From a virus, in the IMG/VR virus record IMGVR_UViG_3300021197_001787, positions 1 through 64,000 of that record: a stretch of 64,000 nucleotides of DNA; one strand, given 5' to 3'. Below the pieces are notes generated by a model, which searched no databases, was not told where the DNA came from, and saw only the letters and a list, made by a program, of their open reading frames with translations. A program made the position numbers and the translations under genes. How positions within the stretch are numbered: the first letter of the stretch is position 1; each line of letters starts with the position of its first letter. This document shows positions 47,348 to 57,140 of this stretch, in pieces.

Positions 47348-48221
47348 CTTTTATCCTTTTGAAACAATCCTCAATTCCTTCAAAGATATCAACACTGGCA
47401 GTCCAGCCCATACCCTTAAGAGCGGCGATCTTGGCCTTTGTTTCTCTAACATCTCCGGGTCGTGGCTTTCTATATTCAAAGTTTACCTCGGGAAAGTGTT
47501 TATTAACCAATTCTTTAATCTGATTTAACGAAATGTTTGTTCCGGTACCGACCTCAAGCACATCGCCATGAAAGTCAGATTCACGCTCCATGCAAAACAT
47601 ATTTGCTCTAACTACATCTTCGACATTAACCATATCTCTACGCTGCTCACCATCGCCACTTATATGAGGTACAATGTTATTTCGTATAGCATGCATCCAA
47701 TTAGATATTGCTGTAGCATATGGGCCGTTAATTGTCTGGTCGTGCGAATAAACATTAAAATACCGCAAACTAACCGTGTCTAAGCCGTATAGCTTAGAGT
47801 ACAATGAGGTTTCTATCTCAGTTGTGTACTTTTGCAGCGCGTAAGGGCTCTCAGGGCCGGCTCCATTACCCATAACGGATGAAGAGCTGGAGTAGATAAC
47901 GCGCTTAACAGAACCCACTTTACGGGCGAAATTAAGTAATACTGTACCGGCAAGTATATTATTACGGCTAGTCTCTACTGGATTTTCAACACTATATCCA
48001 ACACGAGGCCAGCACGCCATGTGAAAAACGTATTCAGGTTTGAAACTATAATAATGCGGATGAAATTTGCCGTCAGTACCTTCAGCTAACATTGAAATAA
48101 TATCTTTGCGAGGGTCTTCTTCCAAATCAATACCCAGAACAGTGTGGCCAGCATCCTGCAAAGCCTTACAAAGTCTTGAACCGATATAACCTTTGTGCCC
48201 TGTTACTAAACATCTAGCCAT
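47337..48221 (-). CDS. NAD-dependent epimerase/dehydratase (extended SDR)
   Basis: TGHKGYIG, YSSSSSV, YALQK, LRYFNVY; ATG at 48221 has a GGAGG SD (ORF track starts at 48242). Confidence 0.88.
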   Translation of the reverse strand: MARCLVTGHKGYIGSRLCKALQDAGHTVLGIDLEEDPRKDIISMLAEGTDGKFHPHYYSFKPEYVFHMACWPRVGYSVENPVETSRNNILAGTVLLNFARKVGSVKRVIYSSSSSVMGNGAGPESPYALQKYTTEIETSLYSKLYGLDTVSLRYFNVYSHDQTINGPYATAISNWMHAIRNNIVPHISGDGEQRRDMVNVEDVVRANMFCMERESDFHGDVLEVGTGTNISLNQIKELVNKHFPEVNFEYRKPRPGDVRETKAKIAALKGMGWTASVDIFEGIEDCFKRIKDEQ

Positions 48222-48432
48222 TTCGGGCCTCCAAAGGCTCAATATTGTGATCCATAAATGATTTCACATCTGAAGATTTAAAACGGTATACATCATATAT
48301 CGTGTTTTCATATGAACCATCATGATAATTTATTTCTCTCTTGTTCATAATAACGCCGCTTCCGGCATCTTTTACAATAGCATCAGCGTATAATTCGTAC
48401 CACTTCACCAAGTCACCCACCTTTGCCGACAT
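48214..48432 (-). CDS. Small hypothetical protein (SH3/KOW-like start KVGDLVKW)
   Basis: 72-aa ORF overlapping both neighbours. Confidence 0.6.
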   Translation of the reverse strand: MSAKVGDLVKWYELYADAIVKDAGSGVIMNKREINYHDGSYENTIYDVYRFKSSDVKSFMDHNIEPLEARNG

Positions 48433-49405
48433 TAAAGAGTCTCCTCAAGTCTTCATCATACATCATTTGAGCCAATTCTTTAAATTTAACTTTAGGTTCC
48501 CACTTGAGCTTTTTCTTTGCTTTGGCAGCATCACCCAAAAGTAGTGGTACTTCGTGTGGTCTAAAAAGCCTCTTATCTGTCTCAAGATATTTCTTAACAC
48601 TCAAACCTGCATATTCAAATACTTCATGGAGAAATTCTTCTACTGTATGAGTTTCACCCGTAGCTATGACATAATCATCTGGGTTGTCCTGCTGTAACAT
48701 CATCCACATGGCTTCGACATAATCACCTGCGAATCCCCAATCCCTTTTAGCGTGAAGATTACCTAACTGAATCTTATCTTGAAGACCCATTTTAATTTTG
48801 GCCGCGGCCATTGTAATCTTTCTTGTTACAAATGTTTCGCCTCTTCTTGGAGACTCATGATTAAACAAAATTCCGCAAGATGCATGCAGCCCATAACTTT
48901 GTCTGTAATTTCTAACTAAGTTGTGTGCAAACACCTTAGAGCAAGCATATGGTGAGGCTGGCATTAGTACTGATTCTTCGTTAAATGGAACGTTTGGGTT
49001 GTCCCCATACATTTCGGAGGAAGATGCCTGATACAATTTTGTTTCTGGGCAAATATTTCTAATCGCTTCTAATAATTTTAGCGTGCCCATTCCTACTGCC
49101 TCAGCTGTCTCTTGAGGTGTGTCAAAAGATACACGTACATGCGATTGAGCCGCAAGATTATAAATTTCATCTGGTTGGTAATCTGATAATATTCGGTGTA
49201 GCTGGCCGGAATCGTTCATGTTTCCGTAAACCAAGGAAAAATCTACAATCTTGTCAACATCACTGAAGATATGGTCAATACGGTCAGTGGCCAAAATTGA
49301 GGTTCTTCTCTTAACACCTATAACATGGTAACCTTTACTAAATAATAAATCTGCCAAATAAGAGCCGTCTTGGCCAGTAATTCCTGTAATCAAAGCTTTC
49401 TTCAT
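48413..49405 (-). CDS. gmd: GDP-mannose 4,6-dehydratase
   Basis: [73 protein letters not shown]. Confidence 0.97.
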   Translation of the reverse strand: MKKALITGITGQDGSYLADLLFSKGYHVIGVKRRTSILATDRIDHIFSDVDKIVDFSLVYGNMNDSGQLHRILSDYQPDEIYNLAAQSHVRVSFDTPQETAEAVGMGTLKLLEAIRNICPETKLYQASSSEMYGDNPNVPFNEESVLMPASPYACSKVFAHNLVRNYRQSYGLHASCGILFNHESPRRGETFVTRKITMAAAKIKMGLQDKIQLGNLHAKRDWGFAGDYVEAMWMMLQQDNPDDYVIATGETHTVEEFLHEVFEYAGLSVKKYLETDKRLFRPHEVPLLLGDAAKAKKKLKWEPKVKFKELAQMMYDEDLRRLFNVGKGG

Positions 49406-50340
49406 TTGATACCTCTAATATTTGGGTAGTTTTGTTCATACCATTCACAAGTCATTTTTAATCCTTCTTCAAAAGTTGTGTACTCGTCTTTTTTCCAACC
49501 AAGATTCAAAAGTTTACTATTTGAACTTGGCTTCCTAAATTGACCACTTGGTCTTGTCTCATCCCATTTAACAGGGCCGGTATACTTTAAATTTTGACAG
49601 ACTAAATCAACAACAGATGTGATACTTCTCTCTTCAGTAGTACCAATGTTTACCGGATGTTCTTCATTATAATTTTCTAACAAAAAAAGTAATATTCTAG
49701 AAATATCAGAAGCAAATGTGAATTCTCTTAAATTCTGCCCATCGCCCCAAAATATTGGAGCTTTATTGGTCAATTTGGCATTATGAACTTTCCTAATGAT
49801 TGCTGGTATAACATGACCATCTTCTAGGTGGAAATTATCATGAAGACCATATAAATTATTTGGTACAGCACATATAAAATTACAACCATATTGTTGCCTT
49901 AAAGCTCTAGAATAAACATCGACCATTCTTTTAGCATAGGCATAGCCAAAATTGCTGCTATGTGGGCGGCCATCATGAAACTGGTCGGGGGTTAGAGGGT
50001 ATTTTGCAGAATCTGGGTATACACATGTTGACAAAAGCGATACTACTTTTTTGATTCCATGCTTTCTTGAGGCGTCTAGAACATTCGTATTAATCAATAT
50101 ATTGTCTTTAAAAAAATCAGCAATATATTCAGAATTGCTATGTACACCGCCGACTCTAGCCGCTAGGTGTATAATAGCGTCAGGGTCATGGTCCCTAATC
50201 ATAAAATCTGTCTCAGCAGCATTACATAAATCATAATCATTGGAACCAACAAAGGTAAAATCGTAATCGTCATTTACATTTTGAAATGATTTTCCGACCA
50301 TGCCTGTGCCTCCAGTAACTAAAATTTTGTTCATTACCAT
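49402..50340 (-). CDS. fcl: GDP-L-fucose synthase (epimerase/reductase)
   Basis: [46 protein letters not shown]; adjacent to gmd. Confidence 0.93.
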   Translation of the reverse strand: MVMNKILVTGGTGMVGKSFQNVNDDYDFTFVGSNDYDLCNAAETDFMIRDHDPDAIIHLAARVGGVHSNSEYIADFFKDNILINTNVLDASRKHGIKKVVSLLSTCVYPDSAKYPLTPDQFHDGRPHSSNFGYAYAKRMVDVYSRALRQQYGCNFICAVPNNLYGLHDNFHLEDGHVIPAIIRKVHNAKLTNKAPIFWGDGQNLREFTFASDISRILLFLLENYNEEHPVNIGTTEERSITSVVDLVCQNLKYTGPVKWDETRPSGQFRKPSSNSKLLNLGWKKDEYTTFEEGLKMTCEWYEQNYPNIRGIK

Positions 50341-50627
50341 ATTTTAACTCTTCCCATCAGAACATCGCGGAACATCAACCAATCAGAGATTTTTGCTTTG
50401 ATTGGGGCCGAGAATGCTGCTGGCTCATTCTTTTCGAAAAAATAATGCCCAGACCATGCAAAAGGGTAAACTACAAATGGAGCTGCTAACAAGAACAGCC
50501 AAGCTTGATTGTAAACAACGATTGCTATATATGTTATTGTAACACATTGCCCTAAAAAGTGTAGTGCTCTGCATCTTTTATTTTGATGCAGTGTCAGATA
50601 ATATTCATAATATTCTTTTAAATCCAT
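50334..50627 (-). CDS. DUF962 / Mpo1-like membrane protein
   Basis: YEYYLTLHQNKRCRALHFLG...FAWSGHYFFEKNEPA. Confidence 0.8.
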   Translation of the reverse strand: MDLKEYYEYYLTLHQNKRCRALHFLGQCVTITYIAIVVYNQAWLFLLAAPFVVYPFAWSGHYFFEKNEPAAFSAPIKAKISDWLMFRDVLMGRVKIW

Positions 50628-51445
50628 TTAAACCATCCCTCTAGATTAATATCACTTAAATTTTTATTGGAGGGTCCTTTCCATGGGCGCCATGGCCCAT
50701 AAACACCTACTTTATCAGCGTTACCAAGGACGGCTGCCCACCAAGCTAATGTGCCATGTTGAAAGAGAACATTATTAAAACCCCTAATAAAGCTAAAATC
50801 TTCCGCAACTGAGTTTTTACTGTGAATAGGTGAAAATTGTGATAAGCCTTCAACAAGGGAATTAAAATAATCTACTGATTGCTGAGGAGATACTCTCTGA
50901 TCTTCTGGAACACTGACATGGAACTTCATATCTTGTAACTGCTCAACTGTAATATTATCCCACTCAGGCATGTCTGTCACAATATACAACTTGTCAAAAT
51001 CAAATCTGCTGATAGCATCAATATAATTTTGCGCTCGGGGTTTGCTATCATATTCATTAGCATAGAATAGCCTGTCGCCGGCGCGAAGGTGCAGAATGAG
51101 ATCATCTGTATTATGTTTCTGTACCTCTGGGTACCATGATTTTATTAAATCTATGTTGTTTTTGAAGAATTTATAATTTTCAAAGTAGCCCGTTATCAAA
51201 AGGTCGCTATTTTTGTATTGTGTGTTAAAATAATGCGTAAAATTTGTCTCGTTAACATTTTCACACTCGGGCAACTCAACCGTTTTTAGTTCAATACCTA
51301 TTTTTTTAAATTCTTCAATTCCGTAATAGGTAGGGGTCGGTGGTAAAGCCACAAGTTCTTGTTCATGAAAAGTTGCAAGAAGACGGGCAGCATTATATTG
51401 AAATAAATTATTACCAAAGCCGTTAGTTAACTGAACAAAAATCAT
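50618..51445 (-). CDS. GT11-like alpha-1,2-fucosyltransferase
   Basis: NGFGNNLFQY (cf. GGLGNQMFQY), HLRAGD (cf. HxRRGD), GTLAWWAA; next to gmd/fcl. Confidence 0.75.
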   Translation of the reverse strand: MIFVQLTNGFGNNLFQYNAARLLATFHEQELVALPPTPTYYGIEEFKKIGIELKTVELPECENVNETNFTHYFNTQYKNSDLLITGYFENYKFFKNNIDLIKSWYPEVQKHNTDDLILHLRAGDRLFYANEYDSKPRAQNYIDAISRFDFDKLYIVTDMPEWDNITVEQLQDMKFHVSVPEDQRVSPQQSVDYFNSLVEGLSQFSPIHSKNSVAEDFSFIRGFNNVLFQHGTLAWWAAVLGNADKVGVYGPWRPWKGPSNKNLSDINLEGWFKWI

Positions 51446-52230
51446 GTTTTTTGCTCCACTAGATTACCATCGGCATCTATTAGTTTTGCATCTGCTTGCC
51501 TAAACGGAAATTCAGTCACAGGCTGTGTTTTGTCGTATTGATAAAACGGCAGGCATATACTCTGCGCAAAGTAAACCTTCATGTTACTTTGATACAAATA
51601 TTTTTCTAATGCGATTTCGGGACACTCAAAGTTGTTATCTGTTCGTGATTCATCGGCATGTTCTTGATAGACAAAGGAACAATATTTATCAAATGTTTCT
51701 GGTTCAGAGAAGGAAAAGAACCATGGGTCTTTGTGACCGCTAGGATAGATAGTCGTATATATTTCGTTAGGTTGAACATCAAACGCAGACAAATTCACTA
51801 ATTTTAAAAACATAGAGTTATCAGGGCGGCATCTTACTATGACATCATAGTTAAATTCGTTAGCTGTCGCATAATCTTTAGCCATAAGGTAGCCATTACG
51901 AATATTCTGCATTTGATTATTCATTCTTTTCTTGAAGTAACCCAAAGTGCCAAAATTATTATCATTTAATTCTTCGCCCTCGTCTACAATAACACCTTTT
52001 AAAAAATCTCCATATATTTCTTTTACTTGAGATTCGATTTCTTCTTTTGTACTTGTTGTAGTTACTTTGTAATTTTGAGTAATATTATTGCCAGTCGTAT
52101 GCAGAGTATTTTTGCTACATGCATAAACAAATACATCTGCATTATTAGGCTCAATTATATGTTTTAAATGATTAATACAATTAATTTTATAATCTCGTAA
52201 TTGTCCAGTTATTAAGACCGCGATTTTCAT
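51442..52230 (-). CDS. Putative glycosyltransferase-like protein
   Basis: KIAVLITGQLR..DVFVY..YDVIVRCRPD pattern seen in glycan-locus proteins; context. Confidence 0.5.
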   Translation of the reverse strand: MKIAVLITGQLRDYKINCINHLKHIIEPNNADVFVYACSKNTLHTTGNNITQNYKVTTTSTKEEIESQVKEIYGDFLKGVIVDEGEELNDNNFGTLGYFKKRMNNQMQNIRNGYLMAKDYATANEFNYDVIVRCRPDNSMFLKLVNLSAFDVQPNEIYTTIYPSGHKDPWFFSFSEPETFDKYCSFVYQEHADESRTDNNFECPEIALEKYLYQSNMKVYFAQSICLPFYQYDKTQPVTEFPFRQADAKLIDADGNLVEQKT

Positions 52231-53423
52231 ACGACTCGTACCTCTGGGAAATATCTAATAAACGATAATTCAGAATCGGTGATATCGTTGGCTTTTTCAC
52301 TAATTTCTTTGAAAAAGTTCCAAGCAAGGGGCACCACAACTAATTTTTCAGGATCCTCTTCCGAAAGACATTGTGGATTTTTAATCATTATATCTCGGCC
52401 CGGGGTCATCAGTTCCCATTTAAGTTCGTTGTCATCAACAATATAATCCAAATCAGCTTCTGCAAAATTTAAAAATGTGTTGCCTTTCGCAGCAGCACCA
52501 TAGCCTACAATTTTATAATCTTTATCTTTAAACTTTTGTAATTCATTTTTAAAGTCTATCGCAACTTTTTTACACTTTTTAGCATATTCAACATATGTTT
52601 CAAGATTGTAAAGGCCGGCGTCAGTTTCTTCTTTGATTTTATTTTCTGCTTTTGTTTCATCATGCTGACCCATCCTGAGAATAAACACATAGCTTCCCCC
52701 ATGAATATCCGCCTTTAAGACATTTACAAGCGAAAAACCATTCAGATTAGCGCATGTCTTCATAGATTTTGTATTAAAGAAGGATAAGTGTTCATGGTAA
52801 ATTGTGTCAAATTCATTATTCACTATCATGTCTGCTTGTGAGGTTTGGATAAAGATATTTGTTTTTTCATCGGAAACAATCTTACATGCTTTCAAGAATG
52901 AATGTATATCGTGAGTGTGAGCAAAAACATTTTGTGCAATAATGGCGTCGTAAGTGTCATGTAATTGTCCAGCAACATCTTCACTCCAATAATCACAAGC
53001 AATATTGTGATTTTTGCTACTTAAATGATAAAGATTGACTGCTGGATCAACACCGGTTGTCTTCCATCCTAATTCTTTGAATTTATCTAACTGTGTACCA
53101 TCGTTGCAAGCAATGTCAAGAACACGACGTCTGCCGCGGCTGTAGTGCTCACAAATCTTAGCAAATTCTGTGAAATACTCGTGCAATGTTTTACTAGTAC
53201 CACTGACATATAGATAATCTTTAAACATTAAATCAGGGTCGACTACAACACTGAGTTGCACATGATAACAGGATGAACAAACATTTATCTTTAGTGGATA
53301 TTCCTCTTGTTCTTCCCCTTCATGATAATTGTTCGCTAGAGGTTGATTATTTAAATCAAGTACTTCTACTAATTCTTCACAACCGCAAGCGCGACATTGA
53401 GTGATTTCAGTATAATTTGGCAT
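52227..53423 (-). CDS. NDP-hexose C-methyltransferase (zinc-binding, class I SAM)
   Basis: CRACG, QPLAN, CSSCYHVQL, YLYVSGTS, DIACNDG, EFDTIYHEH, HGGS, GYGAAAKG; ATG at 53423 preferred over 53537. Confidence 0.9.
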   Translation of the reverse strand: MPNYTEITQCRACGCEELVEVLDLNNQPLANNYHEGEEQEEYPLKINVCSSCYHVQLSVVVDPDLMFKDYLYVSGTSKTLHEYFTEFAKICEHYSRGRRRVLDIACNDGTQLDKFKELGWKTTGVDPAVNLYHLSSKNHNIACDYWSEDVAGQLHDTYDAIIAQNVFAHTHDIHSFLKACKIVSDEKTNIFIQTSQADMIVNNEFDTIYHEHLSFFNTKSMKTCANLNGFSLVNVLKADIHGGSYVFILRMGQHDETKAENKIKEETDAGLYNLETYVEYAKKCKKVAIDFKNELQKFKDKDYKIVGYGAAAKGNTFLNFAEADLDYIVDDNELKWELMTPGRDIMIKNPQCLSEEDPEKLVVVPLAWNFFKEISEKANDITDSELSFIRYFPEVRVV

Positions 53424-54339
53424 CTGATCTGTTTCCTTTGTTAATTTTATCAAATTGTTCAACGATTGATTGAACAATTGTTGTTGGTGTTTCTTTAAAT
53501 TCAAAATCAAAGACTTCTTCAAATTTTGTTGAATCAATTAAAAAATTGTATGCTTTAGTTTGTAACTTTACGTTTGTTATTGTTTCTGGCAGTGTGTCGA
53601 CTATTTCAAGTTCGGCACCGGTTGTTTTAGCGACTGCTTCTGATATCTGTCTCGCTGTTGAATTAAATGAAGCCACATTGTAAAGGCCACTATTCTCATG
53701 GGTACCTTTCTCAATGACAACTTTCATAGCACGACAGAGGTCTTCAATGCCTAATATTGGACGGTGTACCTCTGGATTAAAGCAGAATACTTTACCATTT
53801 TGTAAAGCATTATATGTCATAGCATTAATCATGATGTCATTTCTTAAGTTTGGGGAAGCTCCGTTAACTGTTCCGAACCTTAAGCCAAAGTATTTTTTGT
53901 CTGATAGCACAGCATATGAATCAATTTCATGCTTTGATAAATCATAATAATTATTTGGTTCAAAACGATTGTATTCTTCGTTGACCACATAGCTCTTAGT
54001 ATCGCCATAGACTGACGATGAACTAGCATAAATAAACGTTTGCTCGGGGTTTAAAAGTTCTAATAGGTGAGCGAAATTCAATACATTATTTTTCAATGTA
54101 GGAACCATGTTGTCCACACACATTTTAACGCTTGAGTGGCCGGCTAACAAAATTACAACATCATAAAATTCAACTTCTTCCTTTGTTAATTGTCCAAAGT
54201 CTTTTACAATATTAAATCTGCTAGTAAAATTACCATACCATTCAATATCTACAGAATCAACTGCATGTTCTTCATTTAATACTTGAAACAGCCGGCTGCC
54301 GATGTAGCCGCAGCCTCCAATTAATAATATGTTAGCCAT
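53407..54339 (-). CDS. NAD-dependent epimerase/dehydratase/reductase (extended SDR)
   Basis: GGCGYIG, YASSSSVYG, YDLSK, LRFGTVNGASPNLRND. Confidence 0.88.
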   Translation of the reverse strand: MANILLIGGCGYIGSRLFQVLNEEHAVDSVDIEWYGNFTSRFNIVKDFGQLTKEEVEFYDVVILLAGHSSVKMCVDNMVPTLKNNVLNFAHLLELLNPEQTFIYASSSSVYGDTKSYVVNEEYNRFEPNNYYDLSKHEIDSYAVLSDKKYFGLRFGTVNGASPNLRNDIMINAMTYNALQNGKVFCFNPEVHRPILGIEDLCRAMKVVIEKGTHENSGLYNVASFNSTARQISEAVAKTTGAELEIVDTLPETITNVKLQTKAYNFLIDSTKFEEVFDFEFKETPTTIVQSIVEQFDKINKGNRSDAKLY

Positions 54340-55213
54340 CTATAGTTTTCACCTTATCAATATAAAATATATCTGCAAAAGCCGAAGGAAGTGGAACATC
54401 GTTCCTTTCTTCATCGTTCATTTTTAACAGCTGGTCTGAGTATTGCTCGGGAATTTTATTATTGGAAAACGAATAATTAATCTTATACTCCGTGTTATTT
54501 TCTTTCTCTATAGATTTAATATTCGCGTATAATTTATGAATATCATAATAATGGTGTATAAGAATTGGGTTACCTTGTTCATCTTTTCTTGCATGTTTAT
54601 AGAAACCAAATGGAGAAGCATAAGTTTTTTCTTTTACCACTGTTTGTATATAATTAGAGTGTAGCGTGCGGCCCGGGTAAAACCCGAGCTTGGGACAAGT
54701 GATCGGCATATTACCACGATCCCATTTGCCAGGGTACCAACCAATAACTATTGGTTTCTGCTCCGGAGAAATATATTTTAGTTCTTGAACAGAACTTTTA
54801 AATGTAGTGAACACAACACTTTTCTTAGCTACCCTAAGCATTTCCCTCAAAGCTGGTCGATAATCGTAAAGGTGGGTTATAACATCTGTGGCCACAACCA
54901 TATCATAACTTTCGTCTTTAAACTGAAGTTGTTCAATATCACCATATTCTATGTCGATCATATTTTTTTGGGCATCGGCAACAAGCTTTTGAGTTAAATC
55001 AATGCCTTTATATTTGATATCAAGGTTAAACGCCTTCAACACTTTGTATAAAGCCCCATTGCCGGCACCGCAATCAAGGACACTGCTGGATTTTTTATCA
55101 TACATATATCTCGCTAGCAATCTTAATTTGTAGGTATGCTCTGGGGTAGAGTGCCAGTTAGTAAATTCTTCAACGTTAACGCTACTTTCCCAATATGATA
55201 AATACTTATCCAT
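54332..55213 (-). CDS. Class I SAM-dependent methyltransferase
   Basis: VLDCGAGNG, GIDL, ESYDMVVATDVITHL. Confidence 0.82.
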   Translation of the reverse strand: MDKYLSYWESSVNVEEFTNWHSTPEHTYKLRLLARYMYDKKSSSVLDCGAGNGALYKVLKAFNLDIKYKGIDLTQKLVADAQKNMIDIEYGDIEQLQFKDESYDMVVATDVITHLYDYRPALREMLRVAKKSVVFTTFKSSVQELKYISPEQKPIVIGWYPGKWDRGNMPITCPKLGFYPGRTLHSNYIQTVVKEKTYASPFGFYKHARKDEQGNPILIHHYYDIHKLYANIKSIEKENNTEYKINYSFSNNKIPEQYSDQLLKMNDEERNDVPLPSAFADIFYIDKVKTIDG

Positions 55214-56138
55214 TCTTATACTTCTTATTATCCATTTGTACGATAGGAAACACCCTCAGAAGCTCGTCAATGCCTTCGTCAACACTAATTGTGGTATCAT
55301 AGCCTAAACCGTTAATCTTGTCATAGGAGACAACGTAGTCGCGTTTATCAGCGTCACCATCAAAGTCAGCATAATGTACGTAGCAATCAGTCTTTTCTTG
55401 GATTAGTTTGCAAACATCACCCTTTGAGTGGTTCATTGAATTAGAGCCAACGTTGTATACTTCTCCGGACATCTCTTCTGGATGTTCAATAGCAAACATA
55501 AACACTTTGGCGATGTCTTTAACATGAATAAAAGTTCTCATAAAGTGAGATTCATAAACAGCAATATACTTTTGATTGTAAGCTGAATATGACAAATCAT
55601 TTACAAGTAAATCTAACCGTAAACGAGGGCTTACACCAAATGCAGTCGCAAATCTAAATGCGATACCTTTCGGGTACTTCATCACTTCCTCTTCACCAAG
55701 TGTTTTACTTCTTCCATAAATACTCAAAGGATTCAACGGCGTTTCTTCGGTACAGACACCATCTACAGTTCCGTAGTTAGAACCTGTGGAACCATAAAGC
55801 AGCATTTGTTTTCCATCCACTCCGGTAACAACATTGATTGTTCCTTGGTGGTTGACTCTATATGAGTTTTGTTCATCAATTCTACAAGCGGTATACCCTA
55901 CAATAGCTGCAAGGTGTACAATAACATCGTGACCCTTCATTGACTGGTGTAAGAACTCTTTATTCAAAACGTCACCTTTAATAAATGTGAAGTTGGGGTG
56001 TGAGAAGTTGTGGATCAAACCATGGCCTCCATACATAAGACTATCATACACAGTCACTTCATAATCGTTTTCTAATAACATTGGTACTAATGTACAGCCA
56101 ATGTAGCCAGCTCCGCCGGTAATAAACACTTTTTTCAT
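55206..56138 (-). CDS. NAD-dependent epimerase/dehydratase (extended SDR)
   Basis: TGGAGYIG, HLAAIVG, YGRSK, RFATAFGVSPRLRLDLLVN. Confidence 0.9.
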   Translation of the reverse strand: MKKVFITGGAGYIGCTLVPMLLENDYEVTVYDSLMYGGHGLIHNFSHPNFTFIKGDVLNKEFLHQSMKGHDVIVHLAAIVGYTACRIDEQNSYRVNHQGTINVVTGVDGKQMLLYGSTGSNYGTVDGVCTEETPLNPLSIYGRSKTLGEEEVMKYPKGIAFRFATAFGVSPRLRLDLLVNDLSYSAYNQKYIAVYESHFMRTFIHVKDIAKVFMFAIEHPEEMSGEVYNVGSNSMNHSKGDVCKLIQEKTDCYVHYADFDGDADKRDYVVSYDKINGLGYDTTISVDEGIDELLRVFPIVQMDNKKYKNG

Positions 56139-56162
56139 AATTTTTACATACTCCTATTACGT

Positions 56163-56191
56163 ATTATAATCTCAAATGATTGTTTTGTCAA
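56163..56191 (-). promoter_or_regulatory. Perfect-consensus sigma70 promoter TTGACA-N17-TATAAT
   Basis: Minus strand reads TTGACA AAACAATCATTTGAGAT TATAAT in the only sizeable gap of the glycan island. Confidence 0.88.
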
Positions 56192-56192
56192 G

Positions 56193-57140
56193 TTAAACTT
56201 TGTCTTCATAATATTTTACAGTATTACGAATCCCTTCTTCGTGATCAAAAAACTTAAAATGAGGCATTATATCATTTAATTTGCTATTGCCTAGAATTTT
56301 AGTAGGGTCACCGTCTGTGTATTTAGTATCAAAGACAATTTCGCCTTCAAACCCACATGCTTTTTTAATTAATTGTGCAGATTCAGCAATAGAGTAACCT
56401 TTTTCCTGACCAATATTGATAGGATATTCCATACTCTCAAGTTTTGCTGCCTGGATAAGCGCCTCAATAAAATCGTCGACATAACACCATTCTCTTATTG
56501 GAGAGCCTGTCCCCCAAACAACAAATTCCGAATCTCCTGCTTTTTTAGCCTTAAGCATCCTGATTACCATTCCGTTGAGCGCATGTGTATGATTTGGGTC
56601 TATAGAGTCGCCCGGGCCATAAGTATTTGGTAAAAGAAGATTAATAGTGTTAACACCGTGTTGTTCTTTGTAACATTCTGCTAAATAATATAATGATCTT
56701 TTTGAATTCCCAAATGAGAAAATAGAGGGATGAACAGCACCAGCAAGCCACTCATTTTCATTTTGAACTGCGCTGTGACCTGGGTACGAACAGTTAGAAA
56801 ATGGTTGAATAACCGTGGCTTTGGACTTATTTTCTACAATAGCTCGGTAAAGATTCAGTCCCATTTGAACATTATCCGAATATACTGAGGCTGCATATTC
56901 TTTTACATAATGTAAGCTACCCCCATGAGAGGCAACATTATAAATATAATCAGGTTGTGATTCAAGAATACAATCAGAAATAGCCTTATAATCTAGGATA
57001 TCTAATCCAGTGGTCAAAGAAACACCCGTTACTTTTGGTTTATCGTCCATAGCACCATCACCAATCGTTTCTACAGTTTTTAATTTGTTAACGAGATTCT
57101 TACCAATAAATCCGGTAGATCCCAATACTAATACATTCAT
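56193..57140 (-). CDS. Second GDP-sugar epimerase/reductase (Fcl/WcaG-like) with Phe at the catalytic Tyr position
   Basis: GSTGFIG, SNCSYP, LLPNTYGPGD, HALNG, WGTGSPIREW; FGNSK in place of YxxxK. Confidence 0.8.
   Translation of the reverse strand: MNVLVLGSTGFIGKNLVNKLKTVETIGDGAMDDKPKVTGVSLTTGLDILDYKAISDCILESQPDYIYNVASHGGSLHYVKEYAASVYSDNVQMGLNLYRAIVENKSKATVIQPFSNCSYPGHSAVQNENEWLAGAVHPSIFSFGNSKRSLYYLAECYKEQHGVNTINLLLPNTYGPGDSIDPNHTHALNGMVIRMLKAKKAGDSEFVVWGTGSPIREWCYVDDFIEALIQAAKLESMEYPINIGQEKGYSIAESAQLIKKACGFEGEIVFDTKYTDGDPTKILGNSKLNDIMPHFKFFDHEEGIRNTVKYYEDKV

Noticed and set aside
45000-53537. ORF-track start sites at 53537, 48242 and 45018
   Set aside because: They create long overlaps with upstream genes; downstream starts (53423, 48221, 45000) match family N-termini, SD sites or stop-start coupling
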